Shown: positions 39,166-47,365 of the stretch, one piece after another
How positions within the stretch are numbered: position 1 is the first letter of the stretch
Layout of the letters: each line of letters begins with the position of its first letter
Assembly (NCBI GenBank): GCA_046331285.1
Contig: JAXLRD010000011.1
Location: 69,790-133,789 of the forward strand
Length of the DNA stretch: 64,000 nt
Direction of reading: 5' to 3'
Source: Vicinamibacteria bacterium
GTDB taxonomy: Bacteria; Acidobacteriota; Vicinamibacteria; Fen-336
Notes under the pieces: model-generated
What the model saw: only the letters and a program-made list of their open reading frames with translations
Told to the model about the DNA's origin: nothing
Database searches by the model: none
Made by a program: the position numbers and the translations under genes

Positions 39166-39270
39166 GACAACGGAGTCTCCCGCAATATACACGATCACAG
39201 AGACTTCGGCGCCTGCTGTCTCGAACCTGGGAGTCAGGATCGCCGCCGGAAACGTTACTGTTCGTAACGC

Positions 39271-40644
39271 TCAGGGCAGATTCCGACCCGCCGGACCGCC
39301 GAGCGGCAGGCGCACGATCGCCTCGGCGCCGCCGGTCGCGGCGTTTCGAAGGACGATCTGGCCGGCGTGGAGTCGCACGAGCTTGGCGGCCATCGGAAGG
39401 CCCAGCCCCAGGCCTCCGGGCCGGCCGCTCGCGAACGGTCGGAACTCGCCGCGCTCGTCGGCCACACCGGGGCCGTCGTCGGCGATCGACACGACGGCGT
39501 CGCCGCCGACGCGGCTCACCCGGACGCGCACGTGTCCCCCGCCTTCGAGGGCGGCGTCGGCGGCGTTGCGGACGAGGTTCTCGAGCGCGCGCTCGAGCAT
39601 CTCTTCGTCCGCCACGATCGTCACGGGCGTGTCGCCGACGTCCACGCGGCCGTCGACGTCCCGGTTGCGGAGCTCGCGGCCGACGACCTTCGAGAGGAGC
39701 GGACCCAGGTCGACGCGACCGAGCTGCAGCTCGTCGAGGCGCACGAAGTCGTGGAAGCGCCGGACGACGACCTCGAGCGTGTCGCACTCCTCGCGGATCG
39801 CCTTTCCGGCCTCGGCCGGCGGGGCCGCCGTGTCGCCTCTCTCCAGCATGCGCGCGTAGCCGGCGATCGTGCCGAGGCCGTTGCGCACCTCGTGGACGAT
39901 CCCGGCGGTCAGCTCTCCGGCGCGCGCGAGCGCCTCCTTCTCGCGCACCGACTCCTCCATCCGCAGCTTCTCGGCGTCGTGCCGGGCCTTCTCCTCCTCG
40001 CCGTGCTCCCGGAGTCGGCCCATCGCCTCCTCGTAGGCCTCGAGGGCGCGGGCCGAGGGAGCCGGCCCGGCCTCGGGCTCGCGGCGCAGGACGAGCAGCG
40101 CGGCCAAGCCGAGCACCGCCAGCGCCGTGACGTGGCCGACGAACACCTGCTGCCGCTCGCGCACCTCCTCGGCGAGGTCCGGGGCCTCGGCCGACAGGCG
40201 CAGCACGAGCCGGCCGCCGGGAACCGGCAGGTGGCTCAGCACGCGGACGTCTCCACCGCCGCGCGCGGCCACCGTCACCGTCCGCCCCGCCGCCAGCGCC
40301 GCGCGCTGGTCGTCCCGCATCTCGTATCCGACGGGAGCGGGCGCCGGCCGGGCGTAGAGGCTCCGCCCAGCCGGATCGAGCACCTCCGCCTCGGCCGCGA
40401 GCCGCGCCGCGATCGCGTCGGAGGCGGCCGCCTCCCAGCCCGCCCGCCCGCCCCGGGCGAGGGCGGCGTCGAGCGCGGGGCGTGCAAGGGCGAGCTGCAC
40501 GTCGGCGTCGCGTACCGCGCGCGCCTGCAGACGGCGCAGCGAGCGCACGCCCTGCAGCAGCGAGAGGATCTCGAAGAGGGCGACGACCCCGAGGACGAGC
40601 ACGACGCCGAGGCCCTTCGCCGGGGCACGGCGCGGCTCAGCCAC
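39271..40644 (-). CDS. Sensor histidine kinase (two TM, HisKA, HATPase), NtrB/PilS-type H-box; PilS2-like by context
   Basis: H-box AGIVHEVRNGLGTI; HATPase NLVRNAADA, DDGPGV and GGLGLGLPMA. The GTG at 40644 overlaps the end of pilD. Confidence 0.8.
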   Translation of the reverse strand: MAEPRRAPAKGLGVVLVLGVVALFEILSLLQGVRSLRRLQARAVRDADVQLALARPALDAALARGGRAGWEAAASDAIAARLAAEAEVLDPAGRSLYARPAPAPVGYEMRDDQRAALAAGRTVTVAARGGGDVRVLSHLPVPGGRLVLRLSAEAPDLAEEVRERQQVFVGHVTALAVLGLAALLVLRREPEAGPAPSARALEAYEEAMGRLREHGEEEKARHDAEKLRMEESVREKEALARAGELTAGIVHEVRNGLGTIAGYARMLERGDTAAPPAEAGKAIREECDTLEVVVRRFHDFVRLDELQLGRVDLGPLLSKVVGRELRNRDVDGRVDVGDTPVTIVADEEMLERALENLVRNAADAALEGGGHVRVRVSRVGGDAVVSIADDGPGVADERGEFRPFASGRPGGLGLGLPMAAKLVRLHAGQIVLRNAATGGAEAIVRLPLGGPAGRNLP

Positions 40645-41497
40645 GGAAGAGGCCGCGGTAGGCGCCGAGCAGCAGCTCGCCGCCGAAGAGCACGAGCATG
40701 GCCGCGAGGCCGAGGAACGTGCCGAACGGGAGGCGCGACTGCCAGTCGCCCCGGCGCGCGACGATCGCGCCGATGCCCACGACGGCGCCCGCGGTCGACG
40801 CGACGAGGAGCACGAGCAGGAGCCGCTCCCAGCCGAAGAAGGCGCCGAGGAGCGCGGCCATCTTCCAGTCGCCCTCGCCGAGGGCCTCGACCTTCCGCAG
40901 CGTCCGCCACAGCCAGGCGACGAAGGCGAAGACGAGATAGCCCCCGGCCGCGGCGAGGAACGACTCGAGCGGCACCAGGGGCGAGCCGGGCAGGAACGAG
41001 GAGGCGAGAGCGCCCAGCGTGCCCGGCAGTGTGACTGCGTCGGGCAGGAGCTGATGCTCGAGGTCGATGACCAGAAGGACGAGGATGGCGGTGACGAAGG
41101 CCATCTCGACGATCGTCCGCGGGCGGGGGCCGTGGAGGACGGCGAGGGCGAGCCACAGCAGGCCGTGGAGCGCCTCGACCGCCGGGTAGCGGGCCGGGAT
41201 CGGCAGGCCGCACGAGCGGCAGCGGGCGCGCAGCACGATCCAGCTCACGATCGGCACGTTGTCGAGCCAGCGGATCGGCGTCCGGCACCGCGGGCAGTGG
41301 GACGGCGGGTGCACGACCGACGCGAGCTGGCGCCACAGATCGCGCAGGAAGCCGAGGCGCCCCGGAGCGGGCTCGAAGTCGGCCGGCAGGCGGTGGATGC
41401 AGACGTTCGCGAAGCTGCCGACGATCAGCCCGACGAGGAGCGCGTAGGCCTCGAAGACCGGGGTGCGCAGGAAGAGCGTCCAGTCGGGCCCGGGCAT
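40637..41497 (-). CDS. pilD: Prepilin peptidase / N-methyltransferase (A24 family)
   Basis: GSFANVCIHRLP, CPRCRTPIRWLDNVPIVSW...RCRSCG zinc motifs and a GEGDWKMAALLGAFFGW catalytic Asp region. Confidence 0.9.
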   Translation of the reverse strand: MPGPDWTLFLRTPVFEAYALLVGLIVGSFANVCIHRLPADFEPAPGRLGFLRDLWRQLASVVHPPSHCPRCRTPIRWLDNVPIVSWIVLRARCRSCGLPIPARYPAVEALHGLLWLALAVLHGPRPRTIVEMAFVTAILVLLVIDLEHQLLPDAVTLPGTLGALASSFLPGSPLVPLESFLAAAGGYLVFAFVAWLWRTLRKVEALGEGDWKMAALLGAFFGWERLLLVLLVASTAGAVVGIGAIVARRGDWQSRLPFGTFLGLAAMLVLFGGELLLGAYRGLFRG

Positions 41498-41558
41498 GCG
41501 GCCGGATCTTGGGTCTCCCTCGCCGTCCAGTCAAGGAGCCCCACGGTAGAATCCGCGG

Positions 41559-42728
41559 GTGCGGGCCCTCGTCCTCCTCGGCGCGGCGGTGGCGGCCGGT
41601 TTCGTCTCGCTCATGCTGGTCGAGACGGGCGGGCACTTCGTCGCCCAGGTGAGCGACCTCTACGTCGTCGCGCAGTACGCCGGCGCGATGGCCGAGGGCC
41701 ACCCGTTCCGGTACAACCCGGGCGACGCCCCCACGACCGGCTCGACGAGCCTGCTGCACACCGCGGTCCTCGCCGTCGCCCACGCCGCCGGCGCACGAGG
41801 CGAGGGGCTCGTCGCGTTCGCGATCCTGCTCGGCGCCGCCTACCTGCTGGCGTCGATCCCCCTCGCCGTCCGCGTCGCCACGCGCCTCGCCTCGCGGCGC
41901 GAAGGTCTCCTCGCCGGCGCCCTCGTCGCGCTCGGCGGGCCGGTCGCCTGGTCCTATCTCTACGGCTCGGACATCGCGCTCTTCCTCTTCCTCGCGCTCC
42001 TGCTGCTCGACCGGTGGCTCGCGTGGTGGGACGGGCGCTCGGCGACGGGCCTCGGGGTCGCGGGCGCGCTGGCCGGCCTCGCGCGGCCGGAGGGCCTGCT
42101 GCTCGGCGCGGCGCTCGGCGCGGCCAGCCTGCTGCGGCCCGTCTCGGCCCCCCGGCGCGCCCTCGACCGGGCGCTGCCGTGGGCCGGCCTCGCCGCCGGC
42201 GCGCTCGTGCTGGCGCTGCAGCGCGCGCTCACCGGGTCGTGGGCCGGCACGAGCGTCTCGGGCAAGTCCCTCGCCACGAGCTACGGGCCGGTCGAGGCGC
42301 TGGCGATCGCCGCCAAGTACGGCGTCGACGTGCTGCGCGGGCTGCTGCTCGGCCTCTACCCCTCCGAGGCTCCGATCGGCTTCTGGCCGGGCGAGGCGGC
42401 GTTCGTCTTCCCGCCGCTCGGGCTCGCCCTCGCGCTCCTGGCCGTGGCCCGTGCGCCGGAGACGAGCCGTCGCGCGGCCGCCCTGTGGCTCGCCGCGGTC
42501 GCGGTCGCCTTCGCGGTGGCCGGACCCAACATCTACGCGGGCGTCCACTTCAACCGGTACCTCCTCTGGGCCTTCCCGGGGCTCCTGGCCTTCGCCGCGG
42601 CGGGCCTCGGCGCGGCGGCGCGGCTTCTCGCCCGCGACGACGGGCCGCTCGAGCGCCGGCTCTTCCTCGGCGGCGCGGCCCTCTTCGTGGCCCTCGCGGC
42701 GCTGTCGACCGGCCGCTTCGCCGCGTAA
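41559..42728 (+). CDS. Polytopic membrane protein (about 11 TM), GT-C-like by architecture; ends at an in-frame TAA
   Basis: 389 aa, hydrophobic throughout. GTG start. No named family recognised. Confidence 0.5.
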   Translation: MRALVLLGAAVAAGFVSLMLVETGGHFVAQVSDLYVVAQYAGAMAEGHPFRYNPGDAPTTGSTSLLHTAVLAVAHAAGARGEGLVAFAILLGAAYLLASIPLAVRVATRLASRREGLLAGALVALGGPVAWSYLYGSDIALFLFLALLLLDRWLAWWDGRSATGLGVAGALAGLARPEGLLLGAALGAASLLRPVSAPRRALDRALPWAGLAAGALVLALQRALTGSWAGTSVSGKSLATSYGPVEALAIAAKYGVDVLRGLLLGLYPSEAPIGFWPGEAAFVFPPLGLALALLAVARAPETSRRAAALWLAAVAVAFAVAGPNIYAGVHFNRYLLWAFPGLLAFAAAGLGAAARLLARDDGPLERRLFLGGAALFVALAALSTGRFAA

Positions 42729-42749
42729 AAAGCGGCGTCCGCCGGCGGG

Positions 42750-43631
42750 ATGTGGCGGCGCGACGTGGCGATGGCTTCCTGGATCGGCCGCCGCCTCCCG
42801 GCGGGAGTCGCGATCGCGAACGCCGCGACGAGCGTCGAGTACCTGACCGGCCACCGCAGCCTGAACCTCCACGGCGTGATGAGCCCGGGGTTCGCGGGCG
42901 GCCGCGCGCTCGACCGCGACGCGAACGTGCTCGAGCAGATGCGGCGCGTGCCCGCCGCGAAGCGGCCGGCGTGGCTGCTCGTCGGCCGCGCGCAGCTCGA
43001 GGCGTCGGCAGTGCTGCGCGCCTTCGCGGCCGGCGAGCCGGCGCACGTCGCGGCGGGCTTCGGCGACGACGATCTGCTCCTCGTTCCGGCGCGGTGGGAC
43101 GTGCTCGACCGCGGGCTCGCTCCGCTCGACGGGGCCGCCGCCGCGGCCGTCGCGCCCCTCGCCGAGGTCGACCGGCTGGACGTCGGCGACCCGGCGGACG
43201 AGGCGGCCCACGGCTACGCCGTCGACTCGCGGCTCGGCGCGGCTCCCGTCGGCGCCACCGTCGCGTTCTCTGCGCCGCCGGGCGGAGGCGAGGAGGTCGC
43301 CGACGCGGGCCGGGCCATTCTCGGAGGAGAGACCTTCACGGTCCGCGGCACGCGAGCGGGCCGCGACCTCGTCGTCGTGCTCCGGACGCGCGCGGCGGCG
43401 GAGGCGCGCGTCTTCCGCGCCCGCGGCCCCGCCGTCTTCACCGTCGCGTTCCCGACCGCGTCGCTCCGCGTGAGCGCCGGAGGGACGGAAGCGGCGACGC
43501 TCGACCTGCCGAACGGCGACGGCTGGTGCGAGCACGCCCTGCGCGTGCCGGGCCGCCTCGTGTCGACGGGCGCGACGCGGCTCGCGCTCCGCGGTCGCTA
43601 CGCGTCGTACCGGTACTGGTTCTACCAGTAG
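42750..43631 (+). CDS. Soluble domain in the same frame as 41559..42728; probable C-terminal part of that protein
   Basis: Same frame, 7 codons after the TAA. Reads WRRDVAMASWIGRRLPAGVAIANAATSVEYLTGHRSLNLHG... No signal peptide or convincing RBS of its own. Confidence 0.45.
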   Translation: MWRRDVAMASWIGRRLPAGVAIANAATSVEYLTGHRSLNLHGVMSPGFAGGRALDRDANVLEQMRRVPAAKRPAWLLVGRAQLEASAVLRAFAAGEPAHVAAGFGDDDLLLVPARWDVLDRGLAPLDGAAAAAVAPLAEVDRLDVGDPADEAAHGYAVDSRLGAAPVGATVAFSAPPGGGEEVADAGRAILGGETFTVRGTRAGRDLVVVLRTRAAAEARVFRARGPAVFTVAFPTASLRVSAGGTEAATLDLPNGDGWCEHALRVPGRLVSTGATRLALRGRYASYRYWFYQ

Positions 43632-43677
43632 TCGAGCCGACGGAGCCGGCATCCGAGCCGTGCTAAGTTCACCCCCG

Positions 43678-45159
43678 ATGTCCGAAGCGAACGAGCGTCC
43701 GGAGCCCGTCACCGACCCCATCCTCGACGAGGTGCGCCGTTTCTACGAGGGCCACCACGCCGACATCGAGAAGTCCCGCCGCCGGCACGCCTACTACTAC
43801 CGGTACCTCGAGCGCGTCCTCCGCGTGCGGATCCCCGAGGGCCTTCGGGTGCTCGACCTCGGCTGCGGCACGGGGGACCTGCTGGCCGCTCTCAAGCCCT
43901 CGTACGGCGTGGGCGTCGACGTCTCGGCGCCGGCGATCGAGGCGGCCCGGCAGCGCCATCCGGATCCGCGGCTGCGGTTCGTCCACGGCGACTTCTCCGA
44001 CCCGGCCGTCCTCGCCGCGGCGGAAGGCCCCTTCGACGTGATCCTGCTCGTCAACGTGGTCACCCACCTGACCGACGTGCAGGCCACCTTCGAGCGGCTC
44101 CACGCGGTGTCTCACTCCCGCACCCGCGTCCTCATCTACTCCTACTCGCGCCTCTGGCAGCCGCTCCTGCGGCTCGGCGAGATTCTCGGGCTCAAGCACC
44201 GGCAGCCGCCGGAGGCGTGGCTGCCGCCCGAGGAGATCAAGAACATGCTGTCGCTCGCGGACTACGACGTGGTCCGCGACGACGCCCACGTCGTCTTCCC
44301 CCTCGCCGTGCCCCTGCTCGCCGACCTCCTCAACCGCTACGTCGGCCGCGTGCCGCCGCTCGGCGAGCTGTCGCTCGTGTTCGGGATCATCGCCCGCCCC
44401 GCGCCCGCGCGCTGGACGACGAGCCGCCCGGCGAACCCGACGGTGAGCGTGATCGTCCCGTGCCGCAACGAGGCGGGGCACATCCCGCCCCTCGTCGCGA
44501 GCCTCCCCGCGCTCGGCCTGCCCGCGGGCAGCGAGTTCCTCTTCGTCGAGGGCAACTCGACCGACGACACGGAGGCCGTGATCCGCCGCGAGATCGAGAG
44601 CCACCCGGAGCTGCCCCTGCGCTTCCTGAAGCAGCGGGGGCGGGGCAAGGGCGACGCGGTGCGGCTGGGCTTCGCGGAGGCGAAGGCCGACGTCGTGCTG
44701 ATCCTCGACTCCGACCTCGGTGTCGCCCCCGCCGACGTGCCGAAGTTCGTCACCGCCCTCGCCCGCGGCAAGGGCGAGATGGTGAACGGCTCGCGCCTCG
44801 TCTACCCGATGGAGGGGAAGGCGATGCGCTTCCTGAACCTGCTCGCGAACAAGGCGTTCGCGATCCTGTTCACCTGGCTCCTCGGCCAGCAGGTCCGCGA
44901 CACGCTGTGCGGGACGAAGGCCCTGTGGCGCAGCGACTACGAGCGCATCGCGGCGAACCGCTCGTACTTCGGGGACTTCGACCCCTTCGGCGACTTCGAC
45001 CTGCTCTTCGGCGCCTCCCGCCTCAACCTGCGGATCGTCGACCTCGCGGTGCGCTACCACGAGCGGCGTTACGGGGACACGAACATCTCGCGCTTCCGGC
45101 ACGGCTGGCTGCTGCTGCAGATGAGCGCGTTCGCCGCCCGCAAGCTCAAGTTCCTCTGA
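43678..45159 (+). CDS. Bifunctional class I SAM-methyltransferase / family-2 glycosyltransferase
   Basis: N-terminal VLDLGCGTGDLLAAL...FDVILLVNVV (methyltransferase). C-terminal VSVIVPCRNEAGHI...VEGNSTDDT...LILDSDL (GT2 DxD) and TM-like tail motifs. Confidence 0.8.
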   Translation: MSEANERPEPVTDPILDEVRRFYEGHHADIEKSRRRHAYYYRYLERVLRVRIPEGLRVLDLGCGTGDLLAALKPSYGVGVDVSAPAIEAARQRHPDPRLRFVHGDFSDPAVLAAAEGPFDVILLVNVVTHLTDVQATFERLHAVSHSRTRVLIYSYSRLWQPLLRLGEILGLKHRQPPEAWLPPEEIKNMLSLADYDVVRDDAHVVFPLAVPLLADLLNRYVGRVPPLGELSLVFGIIARPAPARWTTSRPANPTVSVIVPCRNEAGHIPPLVASLPALGLPAGSEFLFVEGNSTDDTEAVIRREIESHPELPLRFLKQRGRGKGDAVRLGFAEAKADVVLILDSDLGVAPADVPKFVTALARGKGEMVNGSRLVYPMEGKAMRFLNLLANKAFAILFTWLLGQQVRDTLCGTKALWRSDYERIAANRSYFGDFDPFGDFDLLFGASRLNLRIVDLAVRYHERRYGDTNISRFRHGWLLLQMSAFAARKLKFL

Positions 45160-45175
45160 TGCCGGGCCCGCGGCC

Positions 45176-45919
45176 GTGAGCGTCGAGCGCCTCCTCGAGC
45201 ACCGCCGGCTCTGGGCCGCGAAGCCGGTGCTGGCGCGCGTCTACGCGCCCTGGTTCGACGCCCTGCTCGAGGCCGCGCCGCGCGGCGCGCGTGTCCTGGA
45301 GATCGGCGCCGGCCCCGGGCTCCTGGAGCCGCGGGCCCGCGAGAAGCGGAGAGACCTCGGCTGGGTCGCGAGCGACATCCACGCGGTCGGGTGGAACGAC
45401 CTCGCGGCCGACGCCGGCCGGCTTCCCCTGCGCGACGGCTCCGTCGGCGCGGTCGTCGGCCTCGACGTGCTGCACCACCTCGCGCGGCCGGCGGCGTTCT
45501 TCGCCGAGGCCGCGCGGGTGCTGGCCCCCGGCGGACGGATCGCCCTCGTCGAGCCGTGGATCACGCCCTTCTCGTGGCCGATCTACCGCTTCCTCCACCA
45601 GGAAGACTGCCGCCTCTCGGTCGACCCGTGGGACCCCTTTCCCGGCGAGGCGAAGGACAGCTTCGAGGGAGACGCCGCGGTGCCGTGGCGGCTCGTCCGC
45701 GACACGGGCGTGGAGAAGTGGCGCGCGCTCGGCCTCGAGCCGCCGCGGGTGCGGCGGATCAACGCCCTCGCCTACGTCGCGACCCTGGGGTTCCGACCGG
45801 GATCGCTGCTGCCGATGCCGCTGTGCAAGGCGGCGATGGCGCTCGACCGCCTGGCCGGCCCGCTCGCGCCCCTGCTCGCGCTGCGCGCGCGCGTCACGTG
45901 GGAGAAGGCTTCGGGCTGA
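45176..45919 (+). CDS. Class I SAM-dependent methyltransferase
   Basis: VLEIGAGPGLL...LPLRDGSVGAVVGLDVLHHL...LAPGGRIALVEPW. Confidence 0.75.
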   Translation: MSVERLLEHRRLWAAKPVLARVYAPWFDALLEAAPRGARVLEIGAGPGLLEPRAREKRRDLGWVASDIHAVGWNDLAADAGRLPLRDGSVGAVVGLDVLHHLARPAAFFAEAARVLAPGGRIALVEPWITPFSWPIYRFLHQEDCRLSVDPWDPFPGEAKDSFEGDAAVPWRLVRDTGVEKWRALGLEPPRVRRINALAYVATLGFRPGSLLPMPLCKAAMALDRLAGPLAPLLALRARVTWEKASG

Positions 45920-45923
45920 GGCC

Positions 45924-46487
45924 TCAGCGCTTCGCGGCCGCGGCCGGACCGGGAGCGAAGAGCTGGCCGAAGCGGATCGCGTCGAGGCAGCTCGCGCCGG
46001 CCACTCCCGCCGCGCCGCCCGTGCACACCTCGCCGAGGCCGAGGTCCTCGACCTTTCCCCCGTCGGCCACGCGCAGCGTGAGCGGCACGCGGTTGACGTT
46101 CAGCGCGCGGAGGAACTCGCGGCCGGGCGAGCGCAGCACGGGGAACGAGACCGGCATCGTCGACCAGAAGCTCGGCGGCTCCTGGTCGAGGATGATGCCG
46201 AGAATCCGCAGGTTCCGCGGCTGCTTCTCGTAGATCCGGTTCCACTCCGGGATCATCTTGTGGCAGTGCGGGCAGCCGCTCGTGAAGAAGAGGAGCACGG
46301 TGCGCGAGCCCTTCGGGAAGTCGACCTTCTCGACCCGGCCGTCGACGCGCATCGTCTCGAACGCGGGCACGACGTCGCCCTTCGAGGGCGTGAGCGGGCC
46401 GTCCTGCGCCGCGAGGGGCGCGGCCACGGCGGCGGCCACCGCGGCGGCGGCGAGGGTGCGGCCCACGAGGGTCGAGACTCGGATCAT
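45924..46487 (-). CDS. Exported thioredoxin-fold (TlpA/redoxin-like) protein with a CPHC active site
   Basis: MIRVSTLVGRTLAAAAVAAAVAAPLAAQ signal, and LLFFTSGCPHCHKMIPEW. ATG at 46487 follows GGAGGAG. Confidence 0.75.
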   Translation of the reverse strand: MIRVSTLVGRTLAAAAVAAAVAAPLAAQDGPLTPSKGDVVPAFETMRVDGRVEKVDFPKGSRTVLLFFTSGCPHCHKMIPEWNRIYEKQPRNLRILGIILDQEPPSFWSTMPVSFPVLRSPGREFLRALNVNRVPLTLRVADGGKVEDLGLGEVCTGGAAGVAGASCLDAIRFGQLFAPGPAAAAKR

Positions 46488-46504
46488 GCGCTCCTCCGGC
46501 GGTC

Positions 46505-47365
46505 CTACGGCCGCCACATCGGCGACGACTGGCTCACCGTGACTTTCCCGGTCCCGACATCATAGCTGAAGGGCACGCCCGCGGCGTCGACGAGCGGACC
46601 GGACCGCAGGCCGGCCGCCGCGAGGTCCTCGAGCCGGGCCGGCCTTCGCCCCGCCCGGCGCTCGAACTCGGCGACGGCGGCGGTGAGGGCGTCGGCCGCG
46701 TCGAGGGAGTCGAGCATCTGCAGCCGCAGCCGCGCGTTCTCCCTGAGCGACCCCGCCTCGGACTGCTCGAACATCTGCCGCCACATCCGGCGCGACGACT
46801 CCCGCTCGCCGCCCTTCTGCAGCACGTCGGCGGCGAGGGTGCGCAGCCAGAACGGGGCGCCGGGAATCTCCGCCGCCTCGAGCAGCACGGCCGACGCGCG
46901 GCTCGCGTCGCGGAGGAAGAGGTAGTGGAAGAAGCCGAGATCCTGCCGCAGCCGCCAGGAGAGCGGGTTGTTGCGCACCCCCTTCTCCAGGACCTCGACC
47001 GCCTCGCGCGGCCGGCCCGCTCCCTCGGGGGCGGCCTCGGCCAGGAAGATCGCGCCGTAGCGGTAGGCGACCTCCAGCCGCGGATCGAGGTCGGTCGTGA
47101 TCTCGATGAGCGGGCGCAGCAGGTCGAAGCTCTTCTCGCGCGAGAAGCGGCGCTCCGCGCCGAAGTACTGGACGGTCCGGAGCCAGTAGACGTCCGCCGC
47201 GATCGCCTCGAAGCCCGGGAAGAAGCGCTTCACCTGACCGCCCGACCACAGGTAGAGGACCTGCTTCTGGGCGCTCGTCTCTCCGAGCGACGCGTCGACG
47301 CGGGACTGCGTGGCCGGGACGGCCGCCGCGAAGAGGGCGGCCAGCGCGAGGAGGCGCTTCGTCAC
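46505..47365 (-). CDS. Exported helical-repeat (TPR-like) protein coupled to the ABC transporter
   Basis: VTKRLLALAALFAAAVPA signal. The GTG at 47365 overlaps the permease stop (GTGA). Helical-repeat composition. No family recognised. Confidence 0.5.
   Translation of the reverse strand: MTKRLLALAALFAAAVPATQSRVDASLGETSAQKQVLYLWSGGQVKRFFPGFEAIAADVYWLRTVQYFGAERRFSREKSFDLLRPLIEITTDLDPRLEVAYRYGAIFLAEAAPEGAGRPREAVEVLEKGVRNNPLSWRLRQDLGFFHYLFLRDASRASAVLLEAAEIPGAPFWLRTLAADVLQKGGERESSRRMWRQMFEQSEAGSLRENARLRLQMLDSLDAADALTAAVAEFERRAGRRPARLEDLAAAGLRSGPLVDAAGVPFSYDVGTGKVTVSQSSPMWRP

Noticed and set aside
39135-39185. A longer FimT start at ATG 39185.
   Set aside because: It would add a 17-aa non-pilin extension before an already long leader. 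ATG 39134 gives a standard prepilin leader ending in G/FSLVELL.
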